Assembly: GCA_011364985.1 (NCBI GenBank)
Contig: RDOC01000002.1
Coordinates: 123,538-187,537 of the forward strand
Direction: 5' to 3'
Source of the DNA: Candidatus Thorarchaeota archaeon
Lineage (GTDB): Archaea > Asgardarchaeota > Thorarchaeia > Thorarchaeales > Thorarchaeaceae
Length of the DNA: 64,000 bases
Made by a program: the position numbers and the translations under genes. Positions 10,063 to 20,448 of this stretch are shown in pieces. The notes below the pieces were generated by a model. The model had not been told where the DNA came from. It saw nothing but the letters and a program-made list of their open reading frames with translations, and did no database searches. The number at the start of each line of letters is the position of its first letter. Position 1 is the stretch's first letter.

Positions 10063-10341
10063 ATGGACGTTGATAGAATTCAACATATACTGACATCTTT
10101 AATGATACTAAGCTTTCTTATTTTCGGAGGACTTTCAATCATAATCTTAATCACAAATGCTCCTCTTTCGAACGGAACAGTGGCTCTTCCTTTTGCTTTC
10201 CTATTCGTATCTATGATGACTTTAATCACAACCGGCCTTATTGAAGAGAAACCTACTACTGCAAGTAGACATGTCAATCAATGGTTGATTCTATGCGCCT
10301 TTATGGTATTTGTATCTGCACTTGTTTTCATATTCTCTTGA
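10063..10341 (+). CDS. small membrane protein (3 predicted TM helices)
   Basis: 92 aa with three long hydrophobic stretches and no known motif. Confidence 0.4.
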   Translation: MDVDRIQHILTSLMILSFLIFGGLSIIILITNAPLSNGTVALPFAFLFVSMMTLITTGLIEEKPTTASRHVNQWLILCAFMVFVSALVFIFS

Positions 10342-10426
10342 ACTTAACATAAAGATTTTAGGAAAGAGGAATTTGAAGAGGCTTCCCCAAAGCTTGCTAA
10401 TCACCGCCTAGTCGAAGTGAATACAA

Positions 10427-11053
10427 ATGAGCAAGATTCTGCCAGGAACAAAGACCACAAGAATGGAGCTACTTAGGCTCAAGAATCGAATGCGTTTGGC
10501 AGAACGCGGACACGATCTTTTGAAAGAGAAGCGTGATAGTCTCATTATGGAGTTCTTCAATGCGATTGCTGAAATCAAAGAAGCAAGAGAAAAGGTCGAA
10601 ACGGATCTCATAGAGGCATTCTCAGCTCTTACCAAAGCAAAAATGGTAATGGGACCTTCAGCAGTTGTAGAATTTGCACGCTCATCAAGAGTTCAGGCGA
10701 ATCTCTCAATTTCAACACGAAGCATGATGGGTGTTCTTGTCCCAGTACTATCAGTTGAACAGCATACTCCCAATATACCATATTCCTTGCCTGATTCAAG
10801 TGCCCAACTAGATGTGATGGCAGTTAAGTTTCAAGAAGCCCTTAAGTCTATCGTTCGACTAGCAGAAATCGATTCAACAGTAAAACGTCTCGCTCTTGAA
10901 ATCGAAAGGACAAAGCGTCGAGTTTCAGCGCTCGAATCTGTTGTCATTCCTCGCCTAGAAGCCACATCAAAATATGTCAAACTTGCGCTTGAAGAACGCG
11001 AAAGAGAGGACTTCTTCCGTATTAAGATGATCCGTGACCGGATGCATGAATAA
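10427..11053 (+). CDS. atpD: A/V-type ATP synthase subunit D
   Basis: The N-terminal PGTKTTRMELLRLKNRMRLAERGHDLLKEKRD and C-terminal ALESVVIPRLE...LEEREREDFFRIKMIR are hallmark subunit D coiled-coil segments. Confidence 0.85.
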   Translation: MSKILPGTKTTRMELLRLKNRMRLAERGHDLLKEKRDSLIMEFFNAIAEIKEAREKVETDLIEAFSALTKAKMVMGPSAVVEFARSSRVQANLSISTRSMMGVLVPVLSVEQHTPNIPYSLPDSSAQLDVMAVKFQEALKSIVRLAEIDSTVKRLALEIERTKRRVSALESVVIPRLEATSKYVKLALEEREREDFFRIKMIRDRMHE

Positions 11054-11068
11054 CGTAATGCTTGTATC

Positions 11069-11464
11069 CTACCTACGCCTTAGTTTCAATATTGCTGCAG
11101 CCAAATCTCCACCAGTATCCTTCAATGCCTGCAATGCGACTTCAATGTTAACACCTGTTTGACTGGCCACAAGTGCTGCATCTTCCATTGGCACTTCAAT
11201 CCTCTTTACCGGTTCTATTTCTTTCTCATCAATTTCTCCCTTAGTAAGAGCACGTTCGGAACGGATGCCAGAAACTTGGAAGGACTCAGTCCCTGACTGT
11301 TTAATCATAATGACCTGAGGATCATCAAGTACCCATTCTTTGTCATAAAAGCGAAATATCACCTCTTCGACGCCGGTAACTTCACTCTGTTCAATTCCCA
11401 TCTGCTTCATCATTCGGGTAAGGCTACGAGATGAAACTCTACTAGATCTTCGGCCCATGTACAA
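11069..11464 (-). CDS. nac: nascent polypeptide-associated complex protein (NAC domain + UBA)
   Basis: It has an MMKQMGI start region, a NAC beta-barrel segment and a C-terminal UBA-like ALQALKDTGGDLAAAILKL. The true start is probably an internal Met. Confidence 0.8.
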   Translation of the reverse strand: MYMGRRSSRVSSRSLTRMMKQMGIEQSEVTGVEEVIFRFYDKEWVLDDPQVIMIKQSGTESFQVSGIRSERALTKGEIDEKEIEPVKRIEVPMEDAALVASQTGVNIEVALQALKDTGGDLAAAILKLRRR

Positions 11465-11533
11465 TTCCTCGAAATGCGATTCAATACCTTTGACAAAGAT
11501 AGATACTTGAGCGATAGATAAAACGATTTTGTT

Positions 11534-12370
11534 TCACACCCGACCTTTTCGAGAGAGAACAATGTCAAAGACATAATGTTTCACAGACGGTGCATAATTC
11601 TTAATCATAGTTATCGAAATAGATGGAAGAAAATCATGTCCAGAGCATACATCTTCTACATGCTTCACAATCTCTTCCTTGTTGTCTTCTTGTTGTGCAA
11701 TATGCATATGCACAATACCCCCGCTCTTCTTTAAAGCACTAATTGCATAGCCAAGAAAGCAATTCGTATCATGCAAGTATCCCATGACTACCCTATCCAC
11801 ATTTTCATCGGGCTGGAATTCCTTGCAATCTCCTAAGAATGGTTTCACCTTTTGTTCAACCTTGTTGAGTCTGATGTTTTCAAGAAGAAAATCGTATGCT
11901 ACAGGGTTGATCTCTGTTGCATAGACTTTTCTTGCATTATTCATGGCAATTGGAATTGAGAACTGACCAACACAAGCAAACATATCGAAAACAGTTTCTC
12001 CGGGTCGAGTAATTGAAGCCATTCTGATTCTTTCTTGTATATTTCCTCCAGAAAAAGTCAGGACAAGTGGGTCAAGTTTGTACTTCACTCCCCCTTCCGT
12101 ATGTATAACAATAGTATCTTGTATTCCTGCCACTATCATATAATTAGGATGTCTCTCTACTCCAACTGTCGGTCCAGTTCTTATTGCAACAGAACGAATT
12201 CTATTATCATACTGAAGTGTTGCTTCCCCTATTTCTTTTGAATATTTCATAAGTTCCCTTTTTATTTGCAATAGGGCAACATGTCCTACGAGATGGTATC
12301 CTGAAGGTAAGGATTCGATGTTTGAAATAGCTCCTGCTAACCGATGTTCAATAAATTCTCTGTATCTCAT
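11534..12370 (-). CDS. trm5: tRNA methyltransferase, Trm5/TYW2 (Met-10+) family
   Basis: SAM motif VFDMFACVGQFSIPIA and an NLP-like downstream segment. The size and order match archaeal Trm5/Taw2. Confidence 0.7.
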   Translation of the reverse strand: MRYREFIEHRLAGAISNIESLPSGYHLVGHVALLQIKRELMKYSKEIGEATLQYDNRIRSVAIRTGPTVGVERHPNYMIVAGIQDTIVIHTEGGVKYKLDPLVLTFSGGNIQERIRMASITRPGETVFDMFACVGQFSIPIAMNNARKVYATEINPVAYDFLLENIRLNKVEQKVKPFLGDCKEFQPDENVDRVVMGYLHDTNCFLGYAISALKKSGGIVHMHIAQQEDNKEEIVKHVEDVCSGHDFLPSISITMIKNYAPSVKHYVFDIVLSRKGRV

Positions 12371-12407
12371 TTCCAGCCCGAGCGTGTAATATTTGTATTG
12401 CTATTTC

Positions 12408-13610
12408 CTAGCAATAAAGACTACTAGGAGCTTGATCTCCCTTTCCACGGCTCTGCAACTTCCCAATGGCTTTGCTGAAGTCTTCACTTGTAACACATAT
12501 TCTACTGTCACGAATGGCAAACATTCCCGCTTCTGTGCAAATTGCCTTGATATCTGCGCCTGTCAAGTTATGAGTTGCAGAAACTAATCTACCAAAGTCA
12601 ACGTTTTCGTGAAGATTCATTCCTCGAGTATGAATCTTAAATATCTCACCCCTGCTTTCATCATCTGGTGTTGGAAACTCAATTATTCTGTCGAAGCGCC
12701 CTGGTCGCAACAGAGCAGGGTCCAAGATATCTGGCCGATTTGTTGCTCCAAGTACAGCAACCTGCCCTCGATTTTCAAACCCATCTAATTCGCTCAGGAG
12801 TTGCATAAGCGTCCGCTGAACTTCTCTGTCACCTGATGTGGCAATATCCAAACGATGGGAACCAACAGCGTCAAGTTCATCAACGAATACTATTGCAGGA
12901 GCTTTTTCTTTGGCCAACATAAATATCTCACGCACAAGCCTAGCTCCTTCACCAATAAATTTCTGCACAAGCTCTGATCCTATAACGCGAATAAATGTAG
13001 CATTTGTTTCGTGTGCTACAGCTCTGGCACATAGAGTTTTTCCGGTACCAGGGGGTCCTGTCAATAACACTCCCTTTGGAGGTTCAATTCCAACCTGAGC
13101 AAATAGGTCCGGTTTTAATAGAGGCAGTTCAACAGTTTCACGAATTTCTCTAAGCTGATCCTTAAGACCACCTATATCTGCGAAGGATACATCAGGCGCT
13201 TCTTCAATTTCCATAGCTCGAATCATTGGATCCTTTGGCGGAGGCAATTCTTGCGTTACGGCAAATGAACGTTGGTTCAGCGCTACACGCATTCCAGGCT
13301 GCATACGTTCTTTTGGAATTGAGGAATGAACATGAACAACGAAGTTCGGTCCTGTAGAACTCTTAACGATGGCTCGGCCATCCTCTAATATTTCAATGAC
13401 TGATGCTGTAATGAGAGGTGATTGTCTGAGTTTCTCAAGCTCTGTTCTCAGAGTTTGATTATCCTTTTCAAGTCGACTTCTTTCGGCTTGAAGTATCTGT
13501 TTCTCAGTTTCCAAAGCACGAAGCCGTCGTTCGAGATGCCGGGTGTAATTCTGAGTATAAGTAGTATCTTCGATGCTTCCTTCTTTCTTAGCATCAGTCG
13601 TCCCTGGCAA
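12408..13610 (-). CDS. pan: proteasome-activating nucleotidase
   Basis: N-terminal coiled coil, OB segment, AAA module (GPPGTGKT, DELD) and a hydrophobic-Tyr-X-type C-terminus (SLYC). Confidence 0.9.
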   Translation of the reverse strand: MPGTTDAKKEGSIEDTTYTQNYTRHLERRLRALETEKQILQAERSRLEKDNQTLRTELEKLRQSPLITASVIEILEDGRAIVKSSTGPNFVVHVHSSIPKERMQPGMRVALNQRSFAVTQELPPPKDPMIRAMEIEEAPDVSFADIGGLKDQLREIRETVELPLLKPDLFAQVGIEPPKGVLLTGPPGTGKTLCARAVAHETNATFIRVIGSELVQKFIGEGARLVREIFMLAKEKAPAIVFVDELDAVGSHRLDIATSGDREVQRTLMQLLSELDGFENRGQVAVLGATNRPDILDPALLRPGRFDRIIEFPTPDDESRGEIFKIHTRGMNLHENVDFGRLVSATHNLTGADIKAICTEAGMFAIRDSRICVTSEDFSKAIGKLQSRGKGDQAPSSLYC

Positions 13611-13739
13611 TCCTTGTCACCTCACGCCTCAATCTGCTAACTAGTGTTTTAAGGGTTGCTAACAGCTCTCTAAGGCCTAAGCAAAGTCGAACATTCATCA
13701 GACAGGAGTTGAATGAATTAGTTTATATCTTCAGTATCA

Positions 13740-13930
13740 CAATATCTCGAAGGCTTGGTATATGTCCAAAGATGATTATTAGACACCAAGACTCGCATGG
13801 TCACACTATGTCAGGACTCTTGGCAACTATCAAGGAGTTCTACTCATGTCTGTCTGTGTGTACTGCCATGAGTATGATGAACACTTTCATGCTGATGTGG
13901 ATGCTGCAAGGAATACAATGTATATTCAAG
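13740..13930 (+). pseudogene. short TnpB (IS200/IS605 accessory protein) C-terminal remnant
   Basis: Two overlapping frames read ...TIKEFYSCLSVC and VCVYCHEYDEHFHADVDAARN. These resemble the YTSxxC zinc-finger and the (N/D)ADxNAAxN RuvC-III motifs of TnpB. There is no intact ORF, and the limits are approximate. Confidence 0.4.
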
Positions 13931-14095
13931 AGCCCACTACCGTTTGTGGACGGACTGCTTATACTTCATGTCCAAGTTTGTCCAACTTACAATTAATGGT
14001 TACTTTGAAATCAGTCACCTATTTCTATTTCCTATTGTCTTGCCAGTCGACAACTTTTATCTTCATTCCCACTATTCTCAAAATGTGAATTAAAG

Positions 14096-14668
14096 ATGCA
14101 CAGCTGCGAGCTTTGTGGACGAAACATGAAAGGCCGAGGCAGACGTATCGAAATAGAAGGAGCATCAATAATCGTTTGTCCACAATGTGCCTCAAAGTTC
14201 GGAAGTCCCTCATCTGATACCGACCCCAAATCGTCTTACGTGGCAACTCGCCCGTCATGGATAGGTCCTCCTGAGAAGAAGCCTACCTCCGCGTCTCGAT
14301 CACCATCGTCTCCACCAAGGAAACCAAGTGCAAAGCCAGCTCCCAGAAGAGGTGTTCTCTTGGATGATTTGATGCTAATCGAAAATTACGACAAGGTCAT
14401 CAGAACTGCAAGACAAAAAATGGGTGTTAGTCAAGAAGAATTGGCTCAAAAAGTCGGTGAACGCATTTCCACTCTTCAGGCTATCGAAACCGGAAGACAA
14501 AAGCCAAACAATAAGACAATACGAGGACTTGAAAGAGAGCTTGGAATTTCTCTGCTTGAACCCATTGACCCTGTCTCTATCAAGGCAGCACGAGGCATTT
14601 CAACTGGTAGTCCAACTCTTGGCGACAGAGTCGTTGTGAAACGGAAGAAGCCAAAGAAACTAGACTAG
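14096..14668 (+). CDS. mbf1: multiprotein bridging factor 1 (zinc ribbon + Cro/C1 HTH)
   Basis: N-terminal CxxC...CxxC ribbon, a Pro/Ser-rich linker, and the C-terminal HTH KMGVSQEELAQKVGERISTLQAIETG. Confidence 0.85.
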   Translation: MHSCELCGRNMKGRGRRIEIEGASIIVCPQCASKFGSPSSDTDPKSSYVATRPSWIGPPEKKPTSASRSPSSPPRKPSAKPAPRRGVLLDDLMLIENYDKVIRTARQKMGVSQEELAQKVGERISTLQAIETGRQKPNNKTIRGLERELGISLLEPIDPVSIKAARGISTGSPTLGDRVVVKRKKPKKLD

Positions 14669-14792
14669 AAAAACCTCAAACGAAGTGAATATATAGTATC
14701 TAGACATATAATAGTATGAGTGACAATTTCCAGACGCTGGAGTTCCGTTCCCAACACATATTCAGTGGACTAACTAAATCCCGCTCATCTAG

Positions 14793-15332
14793 GTGAACAC
14801 TTCAATGGTACATTCAGGATTCAATAATGATCTCTTCCGTCTCGTTGTAGAAGAAATATCTGGTAAGGAAGGAGTGGACGTAGCATCTGTTCTAGTGAAT
14901 GCAGAAGAAACCACTGATGAAGAAATTGCCACCAAGACCGACCTAAAGCTGAATATAGTTCGACGAATTCTGTACAAATTACATGATAATCATCTTGCTT
15001 CCTATCGCCGAATCCGCGATACTAATACAGGATGGTTTCTATACTATTGGAGAATCGACCCCAAGAAGGCTCAGGCGCTCGTAAATCGCAAGAAAAGAAT
15101 GGTTCTAGGTCTCTTGGAACAGAGACTGGATCACGAAACGAGCAATGACCTTTATGCCTGCGTGAACCGTGATTCTTCACCAGTCCCTTTTGAAGAGGCT
15201 ATGAATTTGTCATTCCGGTGTCCAACATGCAATGAACAGCTTGAATATGTTGACAATAGCAAAGCAATCAGTTTTCTGAAGAAACGAGTTGAGGAACTGA
15301 AGGCAGACCTAAATGCAACTTCAACATCGTGA
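14793..15332 (+). CDS. tfe: transcription factor E alpha
   Basis: Winged-helix segment (TDEEIATKTDLKLNIVRRILYKLHDNHLASY...WFLYYWRI) and the zinc ribbon CPTCNEQL. Confidence 0.85.
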   Translation: MNTSMVHSGFNNDLFRLVVEEISGKEGVDVASVLVNAEETTDEEIATKTDLKLNIVRRILYKLHDNHLASYRRIRDTNTGWFLYYWRIDPKKAQALVNRKKRMVLGLLEQRLDHETSNDLYACVNRDSSPVPFEEAMNLSFRCPTCNEQLEYVDNSKAISFLKKRVEELKADLNATSTS

Positions 15333-15405
15333 AACAGCAATCAGACATTACATATATCAATAGATTTCGAGAATTGCGTTTGGCGCGGACTGGAGGAGTT
15401 TTCCA

Positions 15406-16167
15406 ATGGAGTTCTCTCTAAAGACACACATCTACGGTTCTTATCAAAAGAGAATTCTGCAATCTATACGTTCAGAAGTAATGGGGATGATCGCAAATCT
15501 TGATTGCAATCTCTTAGGACTGCGAACAGATAGAAGAGGGCTCATTGTCATTGAGCTGGAAGGAAGAGATAGCGAATTTGTTTCCAACGTCCTACAAAAA
15601 GAATATGGAACTATTCCAAAATTAGATGAGATACAGCCCGGATTTCACACAAGGGGGTACTTGATCGACGTAGGAAAAGTAGGCTATGGTCTTTATGTTG
15701 ACATTGGCATAACTACTTCACGCCAAATGGATGCCTTAATTCCTCTTCACAGACTACGAGAACAGCTGCTCTTGCCTGAAGCATCACTAAGAAGCATTGC
15801 AAAAAAGATCATTCTAGTTGATAACCTACCCGTTGACATCGAAATTCTGAATACCGATTTTGCAAGACAGAGAATAGAAGCAGAATTTGAGCAGACCTTT
15901 CTTGATCGTTTGAATAATTGGATTGCAGATGATCATGAACGACTATTAGTCCTTGGTTCTACACTTGACATGGTTGAAAACACACTCGTTAGATCTGGCC
16001 ATAGGGAAGACATCTACCAAATCGAAAAGCTTGGAATCTTTGAATACTCCCTCCGATGTAAGAGAAGTACAAGGGCCTTTGGAATACTTGCAGCTATTGG
16101 CCCAAGAATGAGAGGTATTCCTATGCATTTATTCATTCCAAGTGAAATTGAGGCGGCAAGAAAATGA
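15406..16167 (+). CDS. conserved archaeal protein (DUF2110-like, assignment from memory)
   Basis: 253 aa with OB/S1-like GYLIDVGKVGYGLYVDIG. It sits directly after tfe, as this family often does. Confidence 0.5.
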   Translation: MEFSLKTHIYGSYQKRILQSIRSEVMGMIANLDCNLLGLRTDRRGLIVIELEGRDSEFVSNVLQKEYGTIPKLDEIQPGFHTRGYLIDVGKVGYGLYVDIGITTSRQMDALIPLHRLREQLLLPEASLRSIAKKIILVDNLPVDIEILNTDFARQRIEAEFEQTFLDRLNNWIADDHERLLVLGSTLDMVENTLVRSGHREDIYQIEKLGIFEYSLRCKRSTRAFGILAAIGPRMRGIPMHLFIPSEIEAARK

Positions 16168-16838
16168 CAAGACTGGACCTATGGCTCGTTCAAAACAAGC
16201 ACTTCTCATCACGTCAGGCAGCAAAACGGGCTATTCATCAAGGACTTGTTACGATAGATGGAGTAAAAGCAAAACCATCCACACAGGTGTCAGGAACAGA
16301 GGGCATTGAAGTTTCTGATACAGCACTTAATTTTCCCATCGGATACTCCAAGCTCGAATTTCTGCATAGGACGGTATCACATCTTATCACACCTCAAACT
16401 CAAGCATTAGATATTGGAAGCTCAGCTGGAGGTTTTCTACGCTACCTTGCAGAGAATTGTAGCCATGTAACAGGTATTGAAATCTCAGATGAATTCATGG
16501 ATGCATTGCAAGAAATCACTCAACAGCATGACACTGTTTCGGTTTTGATAGATAACGCCTTTGCTCTTGATCCGAGCATAATCTCTCAACAGAGTACTCT
16601 TGATCTTCTACTAATTGATGTTACAACAGGGCTTGAAGGGACCATAAAGCTGATCGAAAAGTACTCATCACTTCTAGTAAGCGAGGGTTGGCTTGTCGCA
16701 GCATTCAAAGCGGTTCCTTCTCCAAATATCATTTCTGATATAGTGAATAAAGTAGAGAATCTTGAATTTCACGATGTAAAAGGTATCGTAATACAAGTAT
16801 CACGCAAAGAATTTCATGTAGTTGGAAGGCGACACTAA
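16164..16838 (+). CDS. TlyA/FtsJ-like rRNA 2'-O-methyltransferase with S4 domain
   Basis: S4-like N-terminus (RLDLWLV...SRQAAKRAIHQGLVTIDG) and SAM motif ALDIGSSAGGF. It overlaps the upstream gene by 4 nt. Confidence 0.7.
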   Translation: MTRLDLWLVQNKHFSSRQAAKRAIHQGLVTIDGVKAKPSTQVSGTEGIEVSDTALNFPIGYSKLEFLHRTVSHLITPQTQALDIGSSAGGFLRYLAENCSHVTGIEISDEFMDALQEITQQHDTVSVLIDNAFALDPSIISQQSTLDLLLIDVTTGLEGTIKLIEKYSSLLVSEGWLVAAFKAVPSPNIISDIVNKVENLEFHDVKGIVIQVSRKEFHVVGRRH

Positions 16839-16876
16839 GCAATTCTTTTATTGGGATTGATTAAACCCCAGCATTA

Positions 16877-16986
16877 GGGGCGGTGGTCTAGCCCGGCTAT
16901 GATGTCTCGCTTACACCGAGAAGCCACTGAAGCCTTACGCTCTTTGGACTCGAAGGTCGCTGGTTCGAATCCGGCCCGCCCCACCA
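16877..16986 (+). tRNA. tRNA-Val(TAC) with a roughly 30-nt intron in the variable region; CCA encoded
   Basis: Acceptor GGGGCGG/CCGCCCC. Anticodon arm TCTCG-CTTACAC-CGAGA. T arm GCTGG-TTCGAAT-CCGGC. About 30 extra nt sit between the anticodon stem and AGGTC. Confidence 0.8.
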
Positions 16987-17094
16987 TTTCTCTACATGCA
17001 GCGAGTTCCTACAAGGAATCAATAGGATCAAGAAGAGCGGATCGGAATTGCCGGGAGTAACCAAGCCTGATCAAAGGCGAAGAACTTGGATTTC

Positions 17095-17971
17095 TCATCG
17101 ATATGCTCTTTTCAACTCGGCTGCAAGTTTTGCATCTAGAGTCCTTAGTTTATATGATATGCCAAATGATGGTCTTCTTATTCGAATAATGACCATAAAG
17201 CTTACCAAGGCTAGGAAACTAAGGCCTACGAATAATGGAACTGTGGGAAGGCTTATTCTCTCAAAGGCTGCATTCTCTACACTAAAGCGTATGGTTTTTG
17301 GTTGTTCATTATCACATATATCTGTCACTTTAATAGTTATGTAGTAACTGCCATTATCCATCTCGATTGCATCAAGAATAAAGATGGTAGAATTTCCTTC
17401 AATGTAATATACATTCCATCTATATGGGTCAAACGAATTGGGATAGCTAAAGGCACATATTGTACATTCAATTGAATCAATACCAACTTTGTGTACGCGG
17501 CATCAAAATTCCAAATTCCTGATAGCACATCATCATCATTGACATTGCATTCTATTGTGGGTTCGACCAAATCAATATAGAGTTCTGTGTTCATTGTTTG
17601 TGCCGTGCAAGCATCATCTGTGTTATCAAAGACCAGATACCAACGAATGCCTGACCACCTGCCACCATAGCTGAGAAACTCATGCTCACCACTAGTCACA
17701 TCTTCTTGAAATTCACAGGCTTCAATTTCATGACCATCTGTCCAGTGATTGAATTCAGTTTCATTGCAGATGAAAAACGTTATTCCTGTTCCATTTACAA
17801 TTCGAATTGACCAAACAGACCCATGTAATTCTTGCTGGACGTATACCACGTCCAAGTTTCATATTTCTCAGGCAGAATATACAGTGATTGAAGGGCACAA
17901 ATCCCCGGGACTTGGAAAAATACAAGTAAAATGATTAAAAGGAAGATGACAGCTTTTCTCAACTCAGTCAC
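17095..17971 (-). pseudogene. secreted, C-terminally membrane-anchored protein disrupted by two frameshifts
   Basis: There are three consecutive frames. The first is a signal-peptide ORF (MTELRKAVIFLLIILLVFFQVPGICA, GTG at about 17971). The second is the listed 172-aa ORF. The third is a frame open upstream of the listed 88-aa ORF; it reads protein-like (NSTIFILDAIEMDNGSYYITIKVTD) and ends in a TM anchor. Confidence 0.55.
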
Positions 17972-18276
17972 TCCATTACATCTAGAATTGTATTCTCTCG
18001 GAATGGCATTAAGGTTATCCCTGTGTGATACATTTCGCTGTCAAAGCTACTCAACTGTTGTTCCTTCTGTCTAAAATAACAAGACAAATGGCAACTGAAA
18101 TCACAAGTTATTCTTCAATTGCTCAAATGCCAAAGACAGGTCAAAGAGCCTCTACTCATAAATCTCCGTTATTATTGTTCAGAATTCCCATGTATTAGAC
18201 TAGAATATGTATTATTGAGTTCAGGAACCTTAAAAGCCGAATCAATTCTAACCCGAAGCAAGATACTAAGAAAAGC

Positions 18277-18397
18277 GCGGAAGTAGCCAAGCCAGGCCAA
18301 AGGCGCCAGACTTAAGATCGTATGTACAGTGGGGTCATACGAAGAGGACATCTGGTCTGGAAGCAGTTCGTGGGATCGAAGCCCACCTTCCGCACCA
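18277..18397 (+). tRNA. tRNA-Leu(TAA) with canonical 37/38 intron; CCA encoded
   Basis: Acceptor GCGGAAG/CTTCCGC. Anticodon stem CCAGA...TCTGG with loop CTTAAG|A interrupted by about 33 nt. Long variable arm. T arm GTGGG-ATCGAAG-CCCAC. Confidence 0.8.
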
Positions 18398-18456
18398 TTC
18401 TCTTCTTTTGACTATCGAGATAGTCTTATCCGAGCTCTTGCAACGAGAAATCAGGA

Positions 18457-19785
18457 GTGATGGCCATGGGCTATAGAAATCTTGAATTCCCAGACGATTT
18501 CCTTTGGGGAAGTGCTGCTTCTGCTCATCAGACAGAAGGTGGTAACCATAACAGCTGGAGCGAATGGGAGAAAATTCCCGGGAAGATTAAGGACGGTTCA
18601 AACGCTGACATAGCATGTGATCACTACAACAGATACAAAGACGACTTTGACTTAGCAAAGGAACTGGGTCATCAGATTCACCGTTTTTCCATAGAATGGA
18701 GCCGAATTGAGCCAAACCAAGGAAGATGGAATGATAGCGAACTCGGGCATTACGAGTCCGTTATCAAAACCTTACTAGAACGAAATATCAAGCCAATGAT
18801 GACCCTTCATCATTTTGCAAACCCAATTTGGTTTCGAGATATGGATGCATGGCTTAATCCCGAGAGTCCTGAATTGTTTGGCAAGTATGCGAGAAAAGCC
18901 GCCGAGGTTTTTTCCAAGTACAACCTCATATGGAACACCATTAACGAACCCATGGTAGTAGCAACACTTGGTCATCTATTCGGAGAGTTTCCCCCTGGTT
19001 ACAAGGATTTCAACAAGACAATTACTGCGACAATGAATATGCTAAAGGCGCATGGCCAAGCGGCCATGAATATTCGGGAAGTATACGATGAAAAGGGATT
19101 GGAACAACCATTAATTGCCCCTGTTCTCAGCGTTAGTTACTTCATGCCAGCAAATGCGGATAACAAAGAAGATGTCGAACTTGCGAACTATTTAGATAAT
19201 TTGTATAATCAAGAATGGATTCGGGGCGCAGTAACAGGAATTATCCCCGACCTAGATGGAAATGGCGAGCGGTATACTCCACTCGAGAACTCCGTGGATT
19301 TCATCGGGCTCAACTATTACAGCCGCCAAGTCGTATCGTCAGAATTAGATTATCTGGCGGGTGAGATGGCACCAAGAAACCCGAATCTTGAACGATGCGA
19401 AGGATTGGACTGGGAGGTATATCCCCAAGGATACTACCCAATCATCAAATCATACTGGGACAATTATAGAAAACCAATCTTCCTAACGGAGAATGGAATT
19501 GGTACCCTTGATGATATGCTAAAGCAGAGATACATTGTGAGTCATCTCCAACAAGTATATCGTGCCATAGAAGATAAAGTGGATATTCGTGGTTATCTTG
19601 TATGGAGTTTAACAGACAACTTTGAATGGACTCAAGGATACAGTAGCCATTTCGGACTAGTGGAGATTGACTATAAAACCCAAGAGCGACATTCTCGGAA
19701 TAGTGCCTTCATGTATAGAGATATAATACGGAATAATGGCCTGACTGAGGAGCTACAACAGCGCATTTTGTCAAATTGGAGATGA
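18457..19785 (+). CDS. glycoside hydrolase family 1 beta-glucosidase/galactosidase
   Basis: FLWGSAASAHQTEG start, acid/base TINEP and nucleophile LTENG motifs. Confidence 0.9.
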   Translation: MMAMGYRNLEFPDDFLWGSAASAHQTEGGNHNSWSEWEKIPGKIKDGSNADIACDHYNRYKDDFDLAKELGHQIHRFSIEWSRIEPNQGRWNDSELGHYESVIKTLLERNIKPMMTLHHFANPIWFRDMDAWLNPESPELFGKYARKAAEVFSKYNLIWNTINEPMVVATLGHLFGEFPPGYKDFNKTITATMNMLKAHGQAAMNIREVYDEKGLEQPLIAPVLSVSYFMPANADNKEDVELANYLDNLYNQEWIRGAVTGIIPDLDGNGERYTPLENSVDFIGLNYYSRQVVSSELDYLAGEMAPRNPNLERCEGLDWEVYPQGYYPIIKSYWDNYRKPIFLTENGIGTLDDMLKQRYIVSHLQQVYRAIEDKVDIRGYLVWSLTDNFEWTQGYSSHFGLVEIDYKTQERHSRNSAFMYRDIIRNNGLTEELQQRILSNWR

Positions 19786-19795
19786 TTGAATCGTT

Positions 19796-20356
19796 ATGCC
19801 TCTACAATCTCTCTTGTCTGCAATCGGTATTGTCTTTGTCACAGAGATTGCTGACAAAACCATGCTAACTACACTATGCTTGAGCGCTCAATATAGAAGA
19901 CCTTTAGTTGTCTTACTTGCAACAATGCTAGCTCTATTATTGGCATCCATAATCGCAGTTGTTATTGGAACCCTTTTGGCATTATCACTTCCAGCTGACC
20001 TAATTCTTCTCATCTCAGCAGGACTGTTTCTTATAATGGGTATCCACTCCTTTGTAAAGAGTATTCCAGAGGAAGATGCCTGCAGACAACCAACAACCTT
20101 TCTTAGCATGATTTCTCTTGTCTTAGTTTCCGAACTCGGTGACAAAAGCCAACTTGCAATTTTAGCATTGGCAGCACAGTCTCAATTCCCATTATTCATA
20201 CTTTTCGGATCAATTGCTGGCTTTTTCATAGTGAATCTCATTGGAGCCTTTGCAGGTGACAGAGCTGCAAACCGTTTACCAATACAACTTATCAACAAAG
20301 CAACCGGAGCAATATTCATCATTTTTGCAATTCTCATTATGCTGAATATTCTCTAA
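19796..20356 (+). CDS. UPF0016 (GDT1/TMEM165) family cation transporter
   Basis: Two copies of the E-x-G-D-K-[ST] signature (EIADKTM, ELGDKSQ) in a six-TM protein. Confidence 0.8.
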   Translation: MPLQSLLSAIGIVFVTEIADKTMLTTLCLSAQYRRPLVVLLATMLALLLASIIAVVIGTLLALSLPADLILLISAGLFLIMGIHSFVKSIPEEDACRQPTTFLSMISLVLVSELGDKSQLAILALAAQSQFPLFILFGSIAGFFIVNLIGAFAGDRAANRLPIQLINKATGAIFIIFAILIMLNIL

Positions 20357-20448
20357 ATGGTTAGAGTATTAGCATATCATGAATTTGGCGAAGACTTTAT
20401 GACCGAGCCAGAGAGAAGAAGCCTTGCTTCCTTTAAGGTGAGATAGTC

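Noticed and set aside
13873-13905. A C/D-box sRNA-like string (ATGATGA, then 11 nt, then CTGA) in the long pan-mbf1 intergenic region.
   Set aside because: There is no plausible C' box and no terminal D box (CTGA) at the expected distance, and no terminal stem. The sequence is better explained as part of a TnpB C-terminal remnant.
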